DNA from: Sphingomonadaceae bacterium | GTDB taxonomy: Bacteria; Pseudomonadota; Alphaproteobacteria; Sphingomonadales; Sphingomonadaceae | DNA length: 53,201 nucleotides | Direction of reading: 5' to 3' | NCBI GenBank assembly: GCA_024645025.1 | Contig: JAHEGQ010000001.1 | Coordinates: forward strand, 22,409 to 75,609 | Shown: piece by piece, positions 20,227-30,544 of the stretch | Layout: the number at the start of each line of letters is the position of its first letter | Numbering within the stretch: position 1 is the stretch's first letter | Program-made: the position numbers and the translations under genes | Notes under the pieces: model-generated | What the model was told of the DNA's origin: nothing | The model's database searches: none | The model's input: only the letters and a program-made list of their open reading frames with translations

Positions 20227-21435
20227 TTATTCCCCCTTGGACGGCGGCGTGTTGATGCCCATGGACTGGAAATATTTCCGGACATTGCGGGCTGCCTGAC
20301 GCAAGCGCTGTTCGTTTTCCACCATGGCGATGCGGACATAGCCTTCGCCTTCCTCGCCATAGCCAACGCCTGCGGCGACCGCGACGCCGGCATGGGTGAG
20401 GAGTTGCTTGGAAAATTCAAGGCTGCCCAAATGGGCAAGGGCTGGCGGCAAGGGTGCCCAAGCAAACATGGATGCGCGCGGTGAGGGGATATCCCACCCG
20501 GCCTTGCCAAAGCTGTCGACCAGCACATCGCGCCGCTTTTTGTAAAGCTGGCGGTTTGCCTCGACAATGTCCTGCGGGCCATTCAGCGCGGCAACGGCGG
20601 CGGCCTGAATGGGCGTGAAGGCGCCATAATCCAGATAGGATTTAACGCGGGTCAGCGCGTTGATCAGCGTCTTATTCCCCACCGCAAAACCGATGCGCCA
20701 CCCGGCCATCGAATAGGTCTTGGACATGGACGTGAATTCAATCGCCACATCCTTTGCGCCCTTCACCTGCAAAATCGACGGCGTGGGCTGGTCGTCATAA
20801 TAAAGTTCGGAATAGGCAAGGTCGGACAAGACCCACAGGCCATGTTCTTTCGCAAAGGCCACAACCCGTTCATAAAAGGCGAGGTCAACAACCTCGGCCG
20901 TTGGGTTGGACGGATAGCCCATAACCAAAACGGACGGCTTGGGCACGGTAAAGCGCACCGCGCGTTCAAGTGATTCGAAATAGGCTTCGTCGGGCGTTGT
21001 CGGCACCGATCGGATCGTCGCCCCTGCGATGATGAAGCCAAAGGTATGGATCGGGTAGCTGGGATTGGGGGCCAGCACGACGTCGCCGGGCGCGGTGATC
21101 GCCTGCGCCAAATTGGCCAGCCCTTCCTTCGAGCCCAGGGTCACCACAACTTCGCTATCGGGATCCACATCCACACCGAAACGGCGGCCATAATAATTGG
21201 CCTGCGCACGCCGCAAGCCCGGGATTCCCTTGGATGCGCTATAGCCATGCGCTTTGGGGTCGCGCGCAACTTCGGCCAGCTTTTCAATCACATGGGGCGG
21301 GGGCGGTAGATCGGGATTGCCCATGCCCAGATCGATAATGTCTTCCCCCGCTGCGCGTGCTGCGGCCCGCATCGCGTTGACTTCCGCGATCACATAAGGG
21401 GGCAGGCGCTTCATGCGGTAGAATTCTTCGGACAT
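20227..21435 (-). CDS. PLP-dependent class I/II aminotransferase (AlaC / LL-DAP aminotransferase-like)
   Basis: RLPPYV, DLGMGNPD, PSNPT, DLAY and SMSKTYSMAGWRIG motifs. Confidence 0.9.
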   Translation of the reverse strand: MSEEFYRMKRLPPYVIAEVNAMRAAARAAGEDIIDLGMGNPDLPPPPHVIEKLAEVARDPKAHGYSASKGIPGLRRAQANYYGRRFGVDVDPDSEVVVTLGSKEGLANLAQAITAPGDVVLAPNPSYPIHTFGFIIAGATIRSVPTTPDEAYFESLERAVRFTVPKPSVLVMGYPSNPTAEVVDLAFYERVVAFAKEHGLWVLSDLAYSELYYDDQPTPSILQVKGAKDVAIEFTSMSKTYSMAGWRIGFAVGNKTLINALTRVKSYLDYGAFTPIQAAAVAALNGPQDIVEANRQLYKKRRDVLVDSFGKAGWDIPSPRASMFAWAPLPPALAHLGSLEFSKQLLTHAGVAVAAGVGYGEEGEGYVRIAMVENEQRLRQAARNVRKYFQSMGINTPPSKGE

Positions 21436-21515
21436 TGGTCGCTTTCGGCTAGAGGTTTTCCGCGCTATGCCATTGCAAGGCCGCTGCCGCAACCAAGGCC
21501 CGACAGGACGTGACC

Positions 21516-23111
21516 ATGACGACCGATCCGCAAGACCCGCCCGCTGCACTTCCGACAGATCCGATGGCCGCCTATCGGCAAATTCTGGATGCTTGGGGCC
21601 AAATGCTTGCGCCCATCGCCGCGATCAACAAAGACAAGGTCAATCCCAAGGATCGCCGCTTTCAGGGCCCGGATTGGGAGCATCCGCTGTTTGACCTGAT
21701 GCGGCAGGGCTATTCGGTCATGGCCGATCATCTTATGACATTGGCGGATCAGGTGCCGACATCGGACCCGGCGGACAAGGCCAAGCTGAGCTTTGCGATG
21801 AAGAGCTTGGTCGATGCATTGTCGCCCGCCAATTCGCCTTTTACCAACCCGGTCGCCCTGAAAAAGGCGGTGGAGACCAACGGCGCCAGCCTGATGTCCG
21901 GCCTGCAGCATATGATGACGGACCTGCAGCGCGGGCAGTTGACCCATACCGATCCGCACGCTTTTCGCTTGGGAGAGAATATCGCCGTGACGCCGGGCAA
22001 GGTCGTCTATCAGGCGCACCTGTTCCAACTGATCCAATATGCGCCCGCGACTGAGGATGTGCTCAAAACGCCGCTCTTGATTTTTCCGCCATGGATCAAC
22101 CGGTTTTACATTCTCGATCTTTCACCCGAAAAAAGCTTCATCAAATGGTGCGTGGATCAGGGGATCACCGTATTCATCGTGTCTTGGAAATCGGCCGATG
22201 CCAGTTTTGCCGACATCATCTGGGATGATTATATCGCCGCCCAAATGGAGGCGATCGACATCGTGCGCGATCTGCTGGACGTGCCGAGCGTGCACAGCAT
22301 TGGCTATTGCGTGGCGGGGACCACCTTGGCGGCGACACTGGCCGTGCTGACCGCCAAAAAAGAAGCGGCAAAGGTTGCGTCAGCCACCTTCTTCACCGCG
22401 CAGGTTGATTTTGAAAAGGCGGGCGACCTTTTGAATTTCGTCGATGATCCCCAGATCCGCATGATCGAGGGGCTGGCGACCGATGGCTTTGTCGATGGCC
22501 GCTATCTGGCCGCAACCTTCAACCTGTTGCGGGGCAATGACCTGATCTGGAGCACGGTTTCCAAAAATTATCTGATGGGGGAACCCTATCCCGCTTTTGA
22601 TCTGCTCCATTGGAATGGCGATGTCACCAACCTGCCCGCCAAATGGCATCACAGTTATTTGTGCGACCTCTATCGCGACAATAAGCTCTCGCAGCCCGGT
22701 GCCATGACAGCACTTGGCGTCCCGATTGATCTGACCAAGGTGAAGACGCCCAGCTTTATTCAGGCGGGCCGCGAAGACCATATCGCGCCTGCCGAAAGCG
22801 TATGGAAAATGCGCGAGATCTTCGCCGGCCCAAAGACATTTCTGCTCGCGGGCTCGGGCCATATTGCCGGGGTGGTCAATCCGCCCGCTGCCCAGAAATA
22901 CCAATATTGGACCAATGATGAAGACGTCGCTTCTTTTGCCGATTTTGTCGCCGGCGCCAAAGAAACCAAGGGCAGTTGGTGGCCCTATTGGATTGACTGG
23001 CTGAAAGCGCGGGATGACAAGATGGTCAAAGCCAAGGGCGCGCGTATTCCGGGCAAGGGCAAGCTGCCAGCGTTGGAAGACGCGCCGGGCAGCTATGTAA
23101 AGACGCGTTAG
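21516..23111 (+). CDS. phaC: Class I polyhydroxyalkanoate synthase
   Basis: PPWINRFYILDL, GYCVAG lipase box, DHIAP, GHIAG and APGSYV motifs. Confidence 0.93.
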   Translation: MTTDPQDPPAALPTDPMAAYRQILDAWGQMLAPIAAINKDKVNPKDRRFQGPDWEHPLFDLMRQGYSVMADHLMTLADQVPTSDPADKAKLSFAMKSLVDALSPANSPFTNPVALKKAVETNGASLMSGLQHMMTDLQRGQLTHTDPHAFRLGENIAVTPGKVVYQAHLFQLIQYAPATEDVLKTPLLIFPPWINRFYILDLSPEKSFIKWCVDQGITVFIVSWKSADASFADIIWDDYIAAQMEAIDIVRDLLDVPSVHSIGYCVAGTTLAATLAVLTAKKEAAKVASATFFTAQVDFEKAGDLLNFVDDPQIRMIEGLATDGFVDGRYLAATFNLLRGNDLIWSTVSKNYLMGEPYPAFDLLHWNGDVTNLPAKWHHSYLCDLYRDNKLSQPGAMTALGVPIDLTKVKTPSFIQAGREDHIAPAESVWKMREIFAGPKTFLLAGSGHIAGVVNPPAAQKYQYWTNDEDVASFADFVAGAKETKGSWWPYWIDWLKARDDKMVKAKGARIPGKGKLPALEDAPGSYVKTR

Positions 23112-23782
23112 GCCTCTGCCGTCCGCCCTTTAAAACCGCTGGCAATCACATACCATTCGGATGAATCCTTGCGGCTGGCGGGGGGCTTGGCGTGTTTGAC
23201 GCTCGTGAAGTTGCGCTTCAGCGCGGCGACCAGTTCATTGTCTGCACCGCCGGCGAGCACCTTTGCCACAAAATGCCCGCCGGGGCGCAGCACTTCACAG
23301 GCAAAGTCCATCGCTGCCTCGACCAACCCCATTGTCCGAAGATGGTCGGTCTGCGGGTGACCGACGGTATTGGCCGCCATGTCCGACAGCACGATATCAG
23401 CAGGGCCGCCCAGCGCTTCTGTTAGCCAGCCCGGCGCCTCATCGGCCATGAAGTCCATCTGCGCGATGATGACGCCTTCCATCGGCTCCACGGGCAAAAG
23501 GTCGATCCCGACGATATGGGCCTTGGGGCACAGCTTTTGGACCACCTGCGCCCAGCCGCCGGGCGCGATGCCCAAATCGACCACGCGGCGCGCGCCCTTC
23601 AAAAAGCCGAAGCGTTCGTCCAGTTCAATCAACTTATAGGCGGCGCGGCTGCGATAGCCCTCGGCCCTTGCGCGTTTGACATAAGGGTCGTTCAATTGGC
23701 GCTCTAACCAACGGGTTGATCCGACCTTGCGGCCCTTGGCCGTCTTGACGCGGGTCCGGCCCGCAATGCCACCCCGGCTCAT
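23108..23782 (-). CDS. rlmE: 23S rRNA Um2552 methyltransferase
   Basis: YRSRAAYKL, DLGIAPGGW, LSDMA and KPPASRKDSSE motifs. Confidence 0.95.
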   Translation of the reverse strand: MSRGGIAGRTRVKTAKGRKVGSTRWLERQLNDPYVKRARAEGYRSRAAYKLIELDERFGFLKGARRVVDLGIAPGGWAQVVQKLCPKAHIVGIDLLPVEPMEGVIIAQMDFMADEAPGWLTEALGGPADIVLSDMAANTVGHPQTDHLRTMGLVEAAMDFACEVLRPGGHFVAKVLAGGADNELVAALKRNFTSVKHAKPPASRKDSSEWYVIASGFKGRTAEA

Positions 23783-24879
23783 GGACGCTCCCCCGTTGCC
23801 ATTAGCTGCCGCAAAATGCCTTCGCGAATGCCGCGATCGGCCACCCCGACCCGCGCGGCGGGCCAGATATCGAAAATTGTTTCAAGGATCGCGCAGCCCG
23901 CAACCACCAGATCGGCTCGCTCTGGCCCGATACAGGGTTGCAACGCACGTTCAGGCACCGATTGATCGGCCAGCATCGTGCAAATGTCGCGCATGGCGGA
24001 AACCTCGACCCGCAAGCCATCGATCAGGCGGCGCTCATAATGGGCAAGGCCCAGATAAACGCTCGCCAAGGTGGTCACGGTGCCGCTTGTCCCCAGCAGC
24101 CGCGCGTCGGCGCCGGTTGCGGCCCCCAGCGCTTTGGCAAAATCGCCAAGGCTGTCCTCGACCTTTGCCCGCATCTGGGCATAGGCTGCTGCCCGCGCCA
24201 CCGGGTCGGCGCTGTCATGCGGGGCGCTCTCGCTTAACGATACGACACCCCAAGGGATGCTGCGCCAATCCAAGGTGCGCGGCTTGGGGGTGGTCGTATC
24301 CACCAGCACCAATTCGGTCGAGCCACCGCCAATGTCAAAAATCAGGGCCGGTTGGTCGCCCTCTTCCAAAAGGGCATGGCACCCCAACACGGCCAGCCGC
24401 GCCTCTTCCTGCGGGGAAATGATGTCGAGCTTGATCCCCGTTTCGCGATAGACACGTTCCACAAAGGCGGGGCCATTGGCAGCCCGGCGGCACGCTTCTG
24501 TCGCGACCGATCGGGCCATATGGACATTGCGCTTCACCAGCTTGTCCGCGCAGACAGACAGGGCGGAAAGGGCCCTGTCCATCGCCGCTGTGCTGATTTC
24601 ACCCGATGCGGCAAGCCCTTCGCCCAAGCGGACAATACGGGAAAAGGCATCGACAACGGTAAAGCGGACGCCATCGGGGCGGGCGATCAGCAAGCGGCAA
24701 TTATTGGTTCCCAGGTCCAGCGCGGCATAATTGCGCCGCGATGCGCCGCCATCGCGCGGCGGGCGTGCGGGCAACCTTTGGGGCGCACGATCACCGCCGT
24801 TGGGCGAACGTCTTTCCCCGGCGCTTCGCCCGGCCCGGCCATCGGGCACAGGCCTTGTCTGGGTGGTCTTGTCGACCAT
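23779..24879 (-). CDS. ppx: Ppx/GppA exopolyphosphatase
   Basis: DLGTNNCRL, ATEACR, DIGGGSTE and GIREG motifs; start approximate. Confidence 0.9.
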   Translation of the reverse strand: MVDKTTQTRPVPDGRAGRSAGERRSPNGGDRAPQRLPARPPRDGGASRRNYAALDLGTNNCRLLIARPDGVRFTVVDAFSRIVRLGEGLAASGEISTAAMDRALSALSVCADKLVKRNVHMARSVATEACRRAANGPAFVERVYRETGIKLDIISPQEEARLAVLGCHALLEEGDQPALIFDIGGGSTELVLVDTTTPKPRTLDWRSIPWGVVSLSESAPHDSADPVARAAAYAQMRAKVEDSLGDFAKALGAATGADARLLGTSGTVTTLASVYLGLAHYERRLIDGLRVEVSAMRDICTMLADQSVPERALQPCIGPERADLVVAGCAILETIFDIWPAARVGVADRGIREGILRQLMATGERP

Positions 24880-25036
24880 GGCACGCAAGCTCTTATCTAC
24901 TTCCGACGCGGGGAATTGCCCGGCGGTACTTGCCACCAAACCTAGGCCCAGACGCCGCACTCCGCAAGCTTCGCCGGGAAGGTGGATGGGAAGTTGACAG
25001 AATCAGGCCAAATTCCTATCTGCGCCGCCTCACTGA

Positions 25037-25110
25037 TGCCCCGTCGTCTAATGGTAAGACTACGGACTCTGACTCCGTCTATTGAGGTTCGAATCCTCAC
25101 GGGGCATCCA
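25037..25110 (+). tRNA. tRNA-Gln (anticodon CTG)
   Basis: TGCCCCG...ACGGA-CTCTGAC-TCCGT...GGTTCGAATCC.CACGGGGCATCCA; TTGACA-N17-TATCTG promoter at 24994. Confidence 0.96.
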
Positions 25111-25138
25111 GATTTTTCCAGCACTTATAGTCTGACGG

Positions 25139-25468
25139 TCAGTATTCCCGGCCCTCTGCCTTCCATTTGGCGATTGCCGCGTCCCAGCTTGGTGGGCTGT
25201 CCGCTTCAAAGCCGATGGTGCTGCCGGTGGCGATGTCGCGGAAGGCGCGGATGGCCTGCAGATGGGCACCGCTGCGCATGAAGGCGAGCATGTGTTTGCG
25301 CGTCGGCCAGCAGGTCAGCGTATGCTGAACGCCATCCACATTGCGGACTGCGACTGACAGCACGCCTTCGGCCTTTTGGGCCTGTCGGAAGGATCGCAGC
25401 GCGTGCCACCAAAAGCGGGGCAGGTGCCAAAGGCTTTTGACGCGAAGGCCGGTGATGGAAACATACAT
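25139..25468 (-). CDS. DUF3291 / ABM-like small protein
   Basis: T.T.W....M.AFMRSGAH..A and PSWDAA patterns of the dimeric alpha-beta barrel family. Confidence 0.7.
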   Translation of the reverse strand: MYVSITGLRVKSLWHLPRFWWHALRSFRQAQKAEGVLSVAVRNVDGVQHTLTCWPTRKHMLAFMRSGAHLQAIRAFRDIATGSTIGFEADSPPSWDAAIAKWKAEGREY

Positions 25469-25486
25469 GGCAGGTCAGGCCTCCGT

Positions 25487-25882
25487 TTAAAGACGCCCGG
25501 CCGGCAGGCTGCTGCGGAACCAGAGCAGGACGGCAATCGCGATGGCTTCAATCGCGATGGGTGGCCAGACGATGGCCGGCGCGCCATCGAGGATCAGGCT
25601 GACGATGCGGCCCGTAATGGCGGTGCTGGCAAAGATCAGAACCGCATTGGTCCAACTGCGGCTGAGGCGCTGGGCAGCGATCAGCATGGCAAGGCCCATG
25701 CCGCCAAACATCCCCGCAATATCGGCGCGCACCGTGGCGCGGCCGACCAGCCCGCTCGCCAGATCATTGGGGGCAATCCCCAATTGGGGCAGCAGGCCGT
25801 CCATGGCAAACCACAACCCCAAGGCAGTGGCGAGCGAGAGCAGGCCCATCAGGGCCACGATCGGACGTGCAAATCTTTTCAT
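25487..25882 (-). CDS. Four-TM membrane protein (DUF4345-like)
   Basis: RADIAG.F and GRIVSLILDG; SD AGGGGG. Confidence 0.72.
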   Translation of the reverse strand: MKRFARPIVALMGLLSLATALGLWFAMDGLLPQLGIAPNDLASGLVGRATVRADIAGMFGGMGLAMLIAAQRLSRSWTNAVLIFASTAITGRIVSLILDGAPAIVWPPIAIEAIAIAVLLWFRSSLPAGRL

Positions 25883-26020
25883 CTCATCCCCCCTTTAAGT
25901 CCCACCAGACTGACACAGATGGGCGGCATAGGCAAAGCCAGACTTGGAGGGCGAGGTCTGGTTCGATTTCAAGGTCTCCGCGCTGGAAACAGAGCCCCAA
26001 ATCGCCTATTAAGGTCGGAT

Positions 26021-26554
26021 ATGTCACGCAAACCCACCCGCAGCACCGATTGGGGCTTTCCGCGCTGGCGCGGCTATGGCGCTGAACGCGAGACCGTGAA
26101 GGTGCGCTTGTGCGACCGGCATGGGTGCGATTTGCCCGCCAATTGTCCCGCGCCCAAGGCCCCCAACAGCCCGGAGCGGTGGTGGTTCTGTGCAGACCAT
26201 GCGGGGGAGTATAACCGCAATTGGGATTATTTTGCGGGGCTAAGCGCCGAAGAGGCCGCCGCCCGCGCGGCGGATGAAGCCCGGGATGCGTCCGGCTTTC
26301 AACAGTCCAAACATTATGGCTGGGGCGGCCCCGGCGATGGATCGCGCAGCCGGGATGAGATGCGGGCGCTGGATGTTCTGGGGCTGGACAGCGATGATGA
26401 TTTTGAAGCGGTGAAGGCCGCGTGGCGGCGACTGGCGAAGGAAAATCACCCGGATGTGAAGCCCGGCGATGCCGAGGCTGCCGCCCGGTTCCAGAAAATT
26501 CAGGCGGCTTATGATGTGTTAAAGACAGCCGAGGATCGGCGTCTGGCGCTGTAA
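26021..26554 (+). CDS. J-domain protein with Cys/His-rich N-terminus
   Basis: C-terminal J domain with HPD; N-terminal CDRHGC...C...FC..H. Confidence 0.88.
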   Translation: MSRKPTRSTDWGFPRWRGYGAERETVKVRLCDRHGCDLPANCPAPKAPNSPERWWFCADHAGEYNRNWDYFAGLSAEEAAARAADEARDASGFQQSKHYGWGGPGDGSRSRDEMRALDVLGLDSDDDFEAVKAAWRRLAKENHPDVKPGDAEAAARFQKIQAAYDVLKTAEDRRLAL

Positions 26555-26561
26555 GCGCGGA

Positions 26562-26951
26562 CTATTCTTCCAAACTGTCGGGCACAGGGGGCTTCCCCGC
26601 GATCCGCAGCGCCAAGGCTTCGCCTTCGGCAAAATCGGTCGGGCCGGATAACTCAATCATCCCATCGGCAATTGCCTCGCGGACAATCGGGCCGGGCAAG
26701 GTGCGACCATCCAGTTGCCCGTCCAGCGACTGGCCGATGGCGGCCGTGCTCGCCTTGGTCAGCTTGGAACGGGCGGCATCCGTCAGCGTCACCAAAATGG
26801 CGGGTTGCCCGGCCAAAGAGGCAATCGCGCGGGCATCCAGTATCTCAGCCTGCGCAAACGGGGTGGTGCCGATCCGGAAATCGCGCTCGGCCAGCGCCGG
26901 GCGGGCGGCCACCAGCACCAACAGCGCCGCCAACCAGCCTCTAGCCCGCAT
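26562..26951 (-). CDS. Exported protein resembling the SecDF P1 head subdomain
   Basis: Signal peptide ARPALA; LDG....P.VREAI..G..ELSG pattern. Confidence 0.65.
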   Translation of the reverse strand: MRARGWLAALLVLVAARPALAERDFRIGTTPFAQAEILDARAIASLAGQPAILVTLTDAARSKLTKASTAAIGQSLDGQLDGRTLPGPIVREAIADGMIELSGPTDFAEGEALALRIAGKPPVPDSLEE

Positions 26952-27348
26952 GACGGCCCGCCGTTTCGCGGATCAACGCAATCATATTGGGAATGCCCTG
27001 CGTCCGGTTGGAAGAGAGTTGGTTTTTAAGGTCAAAGGGGGCCAGCGCAGCATCAATGTCGCACGCCAAGATGCGGTCGGCGGGTTCGTCCTGCACCACC
27101 TTCAGGACCAAAGCGATGATCCCCTTGGTAATGGCGGCGTTGCTGTCCGCCAAAAAATGGAGCGTGCCATCGTCTTGCGCAACCGGATAGACCCAGACGC
27201 TGGCCGAACACCCCCGCACCAGCGTGGCATCGGTCTTCAGCGCATCCGGCATGGGTTCCAGCGCGCGGCCCAGATCGATCAGCAGGCGATAGCGATCGTC
27301 CGCATCCAGAAATTCATACTCATCCTGAAGGTCGGCAAGGCTGGTCAT
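26941..27348 (-). CDS. sufE: SufE family sulfur acceptor
   Basis: RYRLLIDLG, VRGCSASVW, DSNAAITKG and LSSNRTQG motifs. Confidence 0.93.
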   Translation of the reverse strand: MTSLADLQDEYEFLDADDRYRLLIDLGRALEPMPDALKTDATLVRGCSASVWVYPVAQDDGTLHFLADSNAAITKGIIALVLKVVQDEPADRILACDIDAALAPFDLKNQLSSNRTQGIPNMIALIRETAGRHAG

Positions 27349-28676
27349 GGCGCGGTGTCTGCAGGTTGGATCAACAACTTGTCAATCTTGCGCCCGTCCA
27401 TATCCACGACTTCAAAACGATAGCCCTGTTCGGCAAAATATTCGCCCGTTGCCGGGATGCGCTTCAGCCGATCCAGCACAAAGCCGGCAACAGTTGCAAA
27501 ATCCCGGTCTTCTTCCAGATCAAGGCCCAGCCGTTCGGCCAAGCCATCCGCCGTTGCCCAGCCCGCGACCAACAGGCTGCCATCGTCGCGCTCGACAATG
27601 GCGGGCTCATCCTCGGCATCCTGATCCGACGCAAAATCGCCCGCAATCGCAGCCAAAAGATCGGCCGGGGTCACAATCCCTTCGAAATGCCCATATTCAT
27701 CATGGACAAGCGCAATGGGCACATCCGCATGCCGCAGGGCCTCCAGCGCATCCATCGCATCGACCTGATCGGGGACGATCGGCGCGCGCTTCATCAGCGT
27801 TTTTAAGTCCAGCTTTTTGCCGGTCAGTTCGGCGGCCAGTAGGTCGCGCGCGCCGACAACGCCGATAATCTCATCCACCGACCCGCGCGCAACAAGCAGC
27901 CGACTATGCGGCGATCCCAGGACGGCTTGGTGGATCGCCTTGGCGTCTGCTTTTTCATCGATCCAGTCGATTTCGGTGCGGGGTGTCATCACTTCGCGGA
28001 CGGGCCGATCCGCCAGACGCACCACACCGGAAATGATCGCGCGTTCACTCTCCTCGATCACACCCGATTTGGACGCTTCGGCCACGATCAAGTGCAGTTC
28101 TTCTGCGGTCACATGCGATTCGGATTCGCGGTTCAGACCAATCAGCCGAAAGATCAGCGCGCTTGTCCGGTCCAAAAGCCAGACCAGCGGGGCGGTCACC
28201 CGCGACAAATACCGCATCGGGACTGCCATCCGAATGGCGATGGGTTCAGGCGAACGCAGCGCAAATTGCTTGGGCACCAATTCCCCCACAATCAGCGAGG
28301 CAAAGGTCGTCAGCCCCACCACGGCGGCAAAGGCGATGTCATCCGTCCAGTCCAGCGGTACGCCCAGCAAAGCCAGCCGTTCCGCCACCGGCGGGCCAAG
28401 GCTGGCCCCAGAATAGGCGCCCGCAACAACGCCGATCAGCGTGATGCCGATCTGAACCGTGGACAAAAACCGGCCCGGGTCGGAGGCGAGTTCAATCGCG
28501 GTGCGTGCGCCGCGCAGCTGGCTTTTGCGGGTAATCGCCTCCAGCCGCGCACGTCGCGCCGACACAATCGCGAGCTCGGACATGGCAAAAACGCCATTGA
28601 GCGCGATCAGCGCAAGGATGATCGCAACATCGCCCCAGGGAAAGGGCGTCAGATGAGAAGGTAGGGCTGCGGCCAT
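27345..28676 (-). CDS. CNNM/HlyC-CorC family transporter (DUF21-CBS-CorC; PaeA/YtfL-like)
   Basis: FAMSELA, LSTVQIGIT, GELVPK, VMTPR and DEYGHFEG motifs; C-terminal CorC domain. Confidence 0.92.
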   Translation of the reverse strand: MAAALPSHLTPFPWGDVAIILALIALNGVFAMSELAIVSARRARLEAITRKSQLRGARTAIELASDPGRFLSTVQIGITLIGVVAGAYSGASLGPPVAERLALLGVPLDWTDDIAFAAVVGLTTFASLIVGELVPKQFALRSPEPIAIRMAVPMRYLSRVTAPLVWLLDRTSALIFRLIGLNRESESHVTAEELHLIVAEASKSGVIEESERAIISGVVRLADRPVREVMTPRTEIDWIDEKADAKAIHQAVLGSPHSRLLVARGSVDEIIGVVGARDLLAAELTGKKLDLKTLMKRAPIVPDQVDAMDALEALRHADVPIALVHDEYGHFEGIVTPADLLAAIAGDFASDQDAEDEPAIVERDDGSLLVAGWATADGLAERLGLDLEEDRDFATVAGFVLDRLKRIPATGEYFAEQGYRFEVVDMDGRKIDKLLIQPADTAP

Positions 28677-28731
28677 GGAAGAAAGGCTTATGGCAGAAAT
28701 ACCCCATGTCGCTCAAGCATTGCGACTCGCC

Positions 28732-29184
28732 TTATCGGCGTTGGGCGAAAAAAAGGCGCAATTGTTCGGCTGCAACTGATTCGCCCAGCCCGGCATAAAC
28801 CTCGGGCCGGTGATGGCAGGTGGGCTGCGAAAAAAGACGCGGCCCATGGTCTACGCCCCCGCCCTTGGGGTCGGGCGCAGCATAATAAACGCGGGCGATG
28901 CGGGCATGGGCAATGGCGCCCGCACACATCGCGCACGGCTCCAGCGTTACCCAAAGGTCGCATCCTTCTAGACGCTCGCTTCCCAATGCGGCGGCTGCCG
29001 CCCGGATTGCCGCCATTTCTGCATGGGCTGTCGGGTCGTGACTGGCGCGCATGGCGTTGCCCGCCGCGGCGATTTCCACCCCGTCGCGCAGGATGACAGC
29101 CCCAACCGGGACTTCGCCCGCATCGGCTGCCGCTTGCGCCAAAGCGAGGGCGCGGTGCATAGGAGGGGGCAAGGGAATCGTCAT
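28732..29184 (-). CDS. tadA: tRNA adenosine(34) deaminase
   Basis: GEVPVGA, DPTAHAE, TLEPCAMCAGA and DPKGG motifs. Confidence 0.9.
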   Translation of the reverse strand: MTIPLPPPMHRALALAQAAADAGEVPVGAVILRDGVEIAAAGNAMRASHDPTAHAEMAAIRAAAAALGSERLEGCDLWVTLEPCAMCAGAIAHARIARVYYAAPDPKGGGVDHGPRLFSQPTCHHRPEVYAGLGESVAAEQLRLFFAQRR

Positions 29185-29284
29185 AAGGGCCTTTTGCCTG
29201 AGGCTTCGGGTTGACGGAAGCCGCTTCCACCGTTAGTGGCGCAGCCTTTCCGAATTACATGATTCATAATCAGGACGAACAGAT

Positions 29285-29575
29285 ATGTCGCGTATTTGCG
29301 AACTGACCGGCAAGGGTCGCCAAGTGGGTCACAATGTGTCTCACGCGAACAACAAGACGAAGCGGACCTTCCTGCCCAATCTGCAGAACGTCACGCTGAT
29401 CTCTGAAGCGCTTGAAAAGAGCGTGCGTCTGCGCGTTTCGACGCACGGTCTGCGCTCCGTTGAGCACGTGGGTGGCCTCGACAACTGGCTGCTCAAGACG
29501 TCGGACGAAAAGCTGAGCCTCAAGGCCCGTCGCCTGAAGCGCGACATTGCCAAGAAGTCGGCGGTCGCTGCCTGA
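29285..29575 (+). CDS. rpmB: 50S ribosomal protein L28
   Basis: [10 protein letters not shown]...[18 protein letters not shown]. Confidence 0.98.
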   Translation: MSRICELTGKGRQVGHNVSHANNKTKRTFLPNLQNVTLISEALEKSVRLRVSTHGLRSVEHVGGLDNWLLKTSDEKLSLKARRLKRDIAKKSAVAA

Positions 29576-29628
29576 CTTTGGCGGTTGGGCCCTTCGGGGC
29601 CTGCCAGCGTCTGCGACGAAAAGTTTTG

Positions 29629-29663
29629 AAAGAGGCGGATCAGCGATGGTTCGCCTCTTTTTT
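29629..29663. terminator. Intrinsic terminator after rpmB
   Basis: AAAGAGGCGGATC...GGTTCGCCTCTTTTTT. Confidence 0.8.
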
Positions 29664-29680
29664 CATGGGAAAAATGCGTG

Positions 29681-30544
29681 CTAGCGCGCGGCGGATGGCG
29701 GCATCGGGCCGACGACAAGGCTGGGGTCCAGCCGCACCTCGCCCAGCCTCAGGCTCCAATGCAAATGCGGGCCTGTGGCACGTCCCGTCATCCCAACCGC
29801 GCCGATGCGGTCGCCCTGGCGCACGATTTGGCCCGGCGTGACATCAATACGGGACAGGTGCAGAAATGCGCTGTTCAGCCCCATGCCATGATCCAGCATC
29901 AACAAATGCCCCTCCAGCGTGAAGGGCGCTTGCGCGGCCAGGATCACCACACCATCTGCGGGTGCATAGACCGGGGTGCCGATGGGGGCGGCAATATCCA
30001 CGCCATTATGCGGCACGCCCGGTTCCCCCGCATAAATTCGCTGCGCCCCAAATTGGCCCGAAATGCGGCCCAAGGCCGGCCAGCGGAAGCTTTGACGCCA
30101 GCCGGTGCTGCCGGTGTCTTTGGCGCGAGCGGCCTCAATCTGCGCCAGTTCGGGCGGGCGCCGCGCGGCAAATTCGGCAGACGGCTGGGACACACGGGGT
30201 AAGGTTGGCAGGTTTTCGACCTGCCAGGCCCGCGGCGCAACCGGCAGCGACACGCGCAGCGTTTCGCCGTTCGCCAATGTCGCTTCCAAGAACGCCATTG
30301 CTGGGGCATCGCGGCCAAGCCCCAAGGCAAAGCGGCCATCCGCCGCGACGCGCACGGTTTTGCCGTCCAGCGTCACTTGGCGGGTGCCGGGCGGGGCCCA
30401 GCCCAAAACATAGGCGCCTTGCTGCAAGGGTCGGTCGATCTGGATCGCGGGGGTGGCCGCACGTATGGCCTGTGCGGGCGTTGCAGGGGCGTAGGGCAGC
30501 AGCAGCGCGCCGATAAGGGCACAGGCTGCCGTGGCGCGGATCAT
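29681..30544 (-). CDS. M23 family metallopeptidase
   Basis: HNGVD and ATGPHLHW motifs; signal peptide. Confidence 0.92.
   Translation of the reverse strand: MIRATAACALIGALLLPYAPATPAQAIRAATPAIQIDRPLQQGAYVLGWAPPGTRQVTLDGKTVRVAADGRFALGLGRDAPAMAFLEATLANGETLRVSLPVAPRAWQVENLPTLPRVSQPSAEFAARRPPELAQIEAARAKDTGSTGWRQSFRWPALGRISGQFGAQRIYAGEPGVPHNGVDIAAPIGTPVYAPADGVVILAAQAPFTLEGHLLMLDHGMGLNSAFLHLSRIDVTPGQIVRQGDRIGAVGMTGRATGPHLHWSLRLGEVRLDPSLVVGPMPPSAAR

Noticed and set aside
25376-26020. 392-aa extended J-domain protein
   Set aside because: The extension is antisense to two real genes; the start at 26021 fits the family.
25111-26020. Genomic island at the tRNA-Gln 3' end
   Set aside because: No integrase, att repeat or evident compositional shift; only two small genes.
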